Assembly (NCBI GenBank): GCA_035947015.1
Contig: DASZKL010000277.1
Span: 1 to 34,855, forward strand
Source of the DNA: Rubrobacteraceae bacterium
GTDB taxonomy: Bacteria > Actinomycetota > Rubrobacteria > Rubrobacterales > Rubrobacteraceae
Reading direction: 5' to 3'
Length of the DNA: 34,855 nucleotides
Position numbers and translations under genes: made by a program. The notes below the pieces were generated by a model, which saw only the letters and a list, made by a program, of their open reading frames with translations, made no database searches and was not told where the DNA came from. Shown piece after piece: positions 34,403-34,855 of the stretch. Within the stretch, counting starts at the first letter, position 1; each line of letters opens with the position of its first letter.

Positions 34403-34855
34403 GCTAGCCGCCCCACGTCATCGAGAAAGCCTGGATACGAGACCGCCGAGGCCCCCATATCCTCGACCTCGACCCCCTCGCGGGAGGCGAGGCCAGCCAC
34501 CCCCAAGCCCATCGCGAGACGATGGTCCCCCCGGCTGCTGGCCCTCCCGCCCCTCACGCCACCCCCTCCCCGCACCACGAAGCCGTCCTCGCGCTCCTCA
34601 ATCTCGACCCCGACCTTGCGGAACTCCTCGCAGACGGCGGATATCCTGTCCGTCTCCTTGAAGCGTAGCTCACCTGCGCCCTTCACCACCGTCTCGCCCT
34701 CGGCAAACGCCCCGACGAGCGCCAGGAGCGGCAGCTCGTCCACCGCGCCGGGTACATCCTCAGCACCGACGCTGATACCTCTTAGCTTCGAGGCGCGCAC
34801 AACCAGCTCGCCGACCGGCTCACCTATCCTGTCCTCCCCGACCTCCGAGGCCTCC
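34393..34855 (-). CDS. aroA: 3-phosphoshikimate 1-carboxyvinyltransferase (EPSP synthase), C-terminal part; 5' end outside the window
   Basis: ..VDELPLLALVGAFAEGETVVKGAGELRFKETDRISAV.., ..GDHRLAMGLGVAGL.. The frame stays open to the window edge beyond the ORF-track start. Confidence 0.9.
   Translation of the reverse strand, partial: EASEVGEDRIGEPVGELVVRASKLRGISVGAEDVPGAVDELPLLALVGAFAEGETVVKGAGELRFKETDRISAVCEEFRKVGVEIEEREDGFVVRGGGGVRGGRASSRGDHRLAMGLGVAGLASREGVEVEDMGASAVSYPGFLDDVGRLACW

Overview
High-GC (about 65-70% by eye) bacterial chromosome segment. Gene content and synteny look like a deep-branching Actinomycetota lineage (Rubrobacter-like is a guess; it has both RNase Y and RNase J plus an FtsR/FHA/cardiolipin-synthase-type cluster). 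Bases 1-25020 carry about 24 co-directional plus-strand housekeeping genes: rimP-nusA-infB-DUF503-rbfA-nrnA-truB-ribF, rpsO-pnp-M16 peptidase, rnj, ftsK, a RodZ-like gene, recA-recX, and rny-GHKL ATPase-miaB-miaA-hflX-RibD_C reductase. Bases 25744-34855 carry 11 co-directional minus-strand genes: aroA-cmk-plsC-der-CDP-alcohol phosphatidyltransferase-NTP transferase/PGM-like fusion-small coiled-coil protein-FHA-MerR(FtsR-like)-apt-tyrosine recombinase. The two arrays converge on a 723-bp ORF-free, lower-GC region (25021-25743). This region contains a 28-bp sequence closely resembling a canonical dif site and lies directly downstream of the XerC/D-like recombinase. I read it as a candidate replication-terminus / chromosome-dimer-resolution locus with a recombinase gene next to its site, and it is the most interesting part of the window. 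Other observations: an uncharacterised MutL-like GHKL ATPase translationally coupled between rny and miaB; a nucleotidyltransferase fused to a PGM/PMM-like domain that has lost all four catalytic signatures; an RsiG-like small coiled-coil protein coupled to a zinc-ribbon FHA protein; a terminator-like attenuator in the rimP-nusA leader; a Cys/His tail on NusA with no ylxR; conserved genes (truB, rnj, miaA) whose expected N-termini have only ATA or CTG initiators; and a decayed ORF at the left edge. No rRNA, tRNA, CRISPR array or transposase was recognised. All family calls come from motif recognition by eye, with no database searches.
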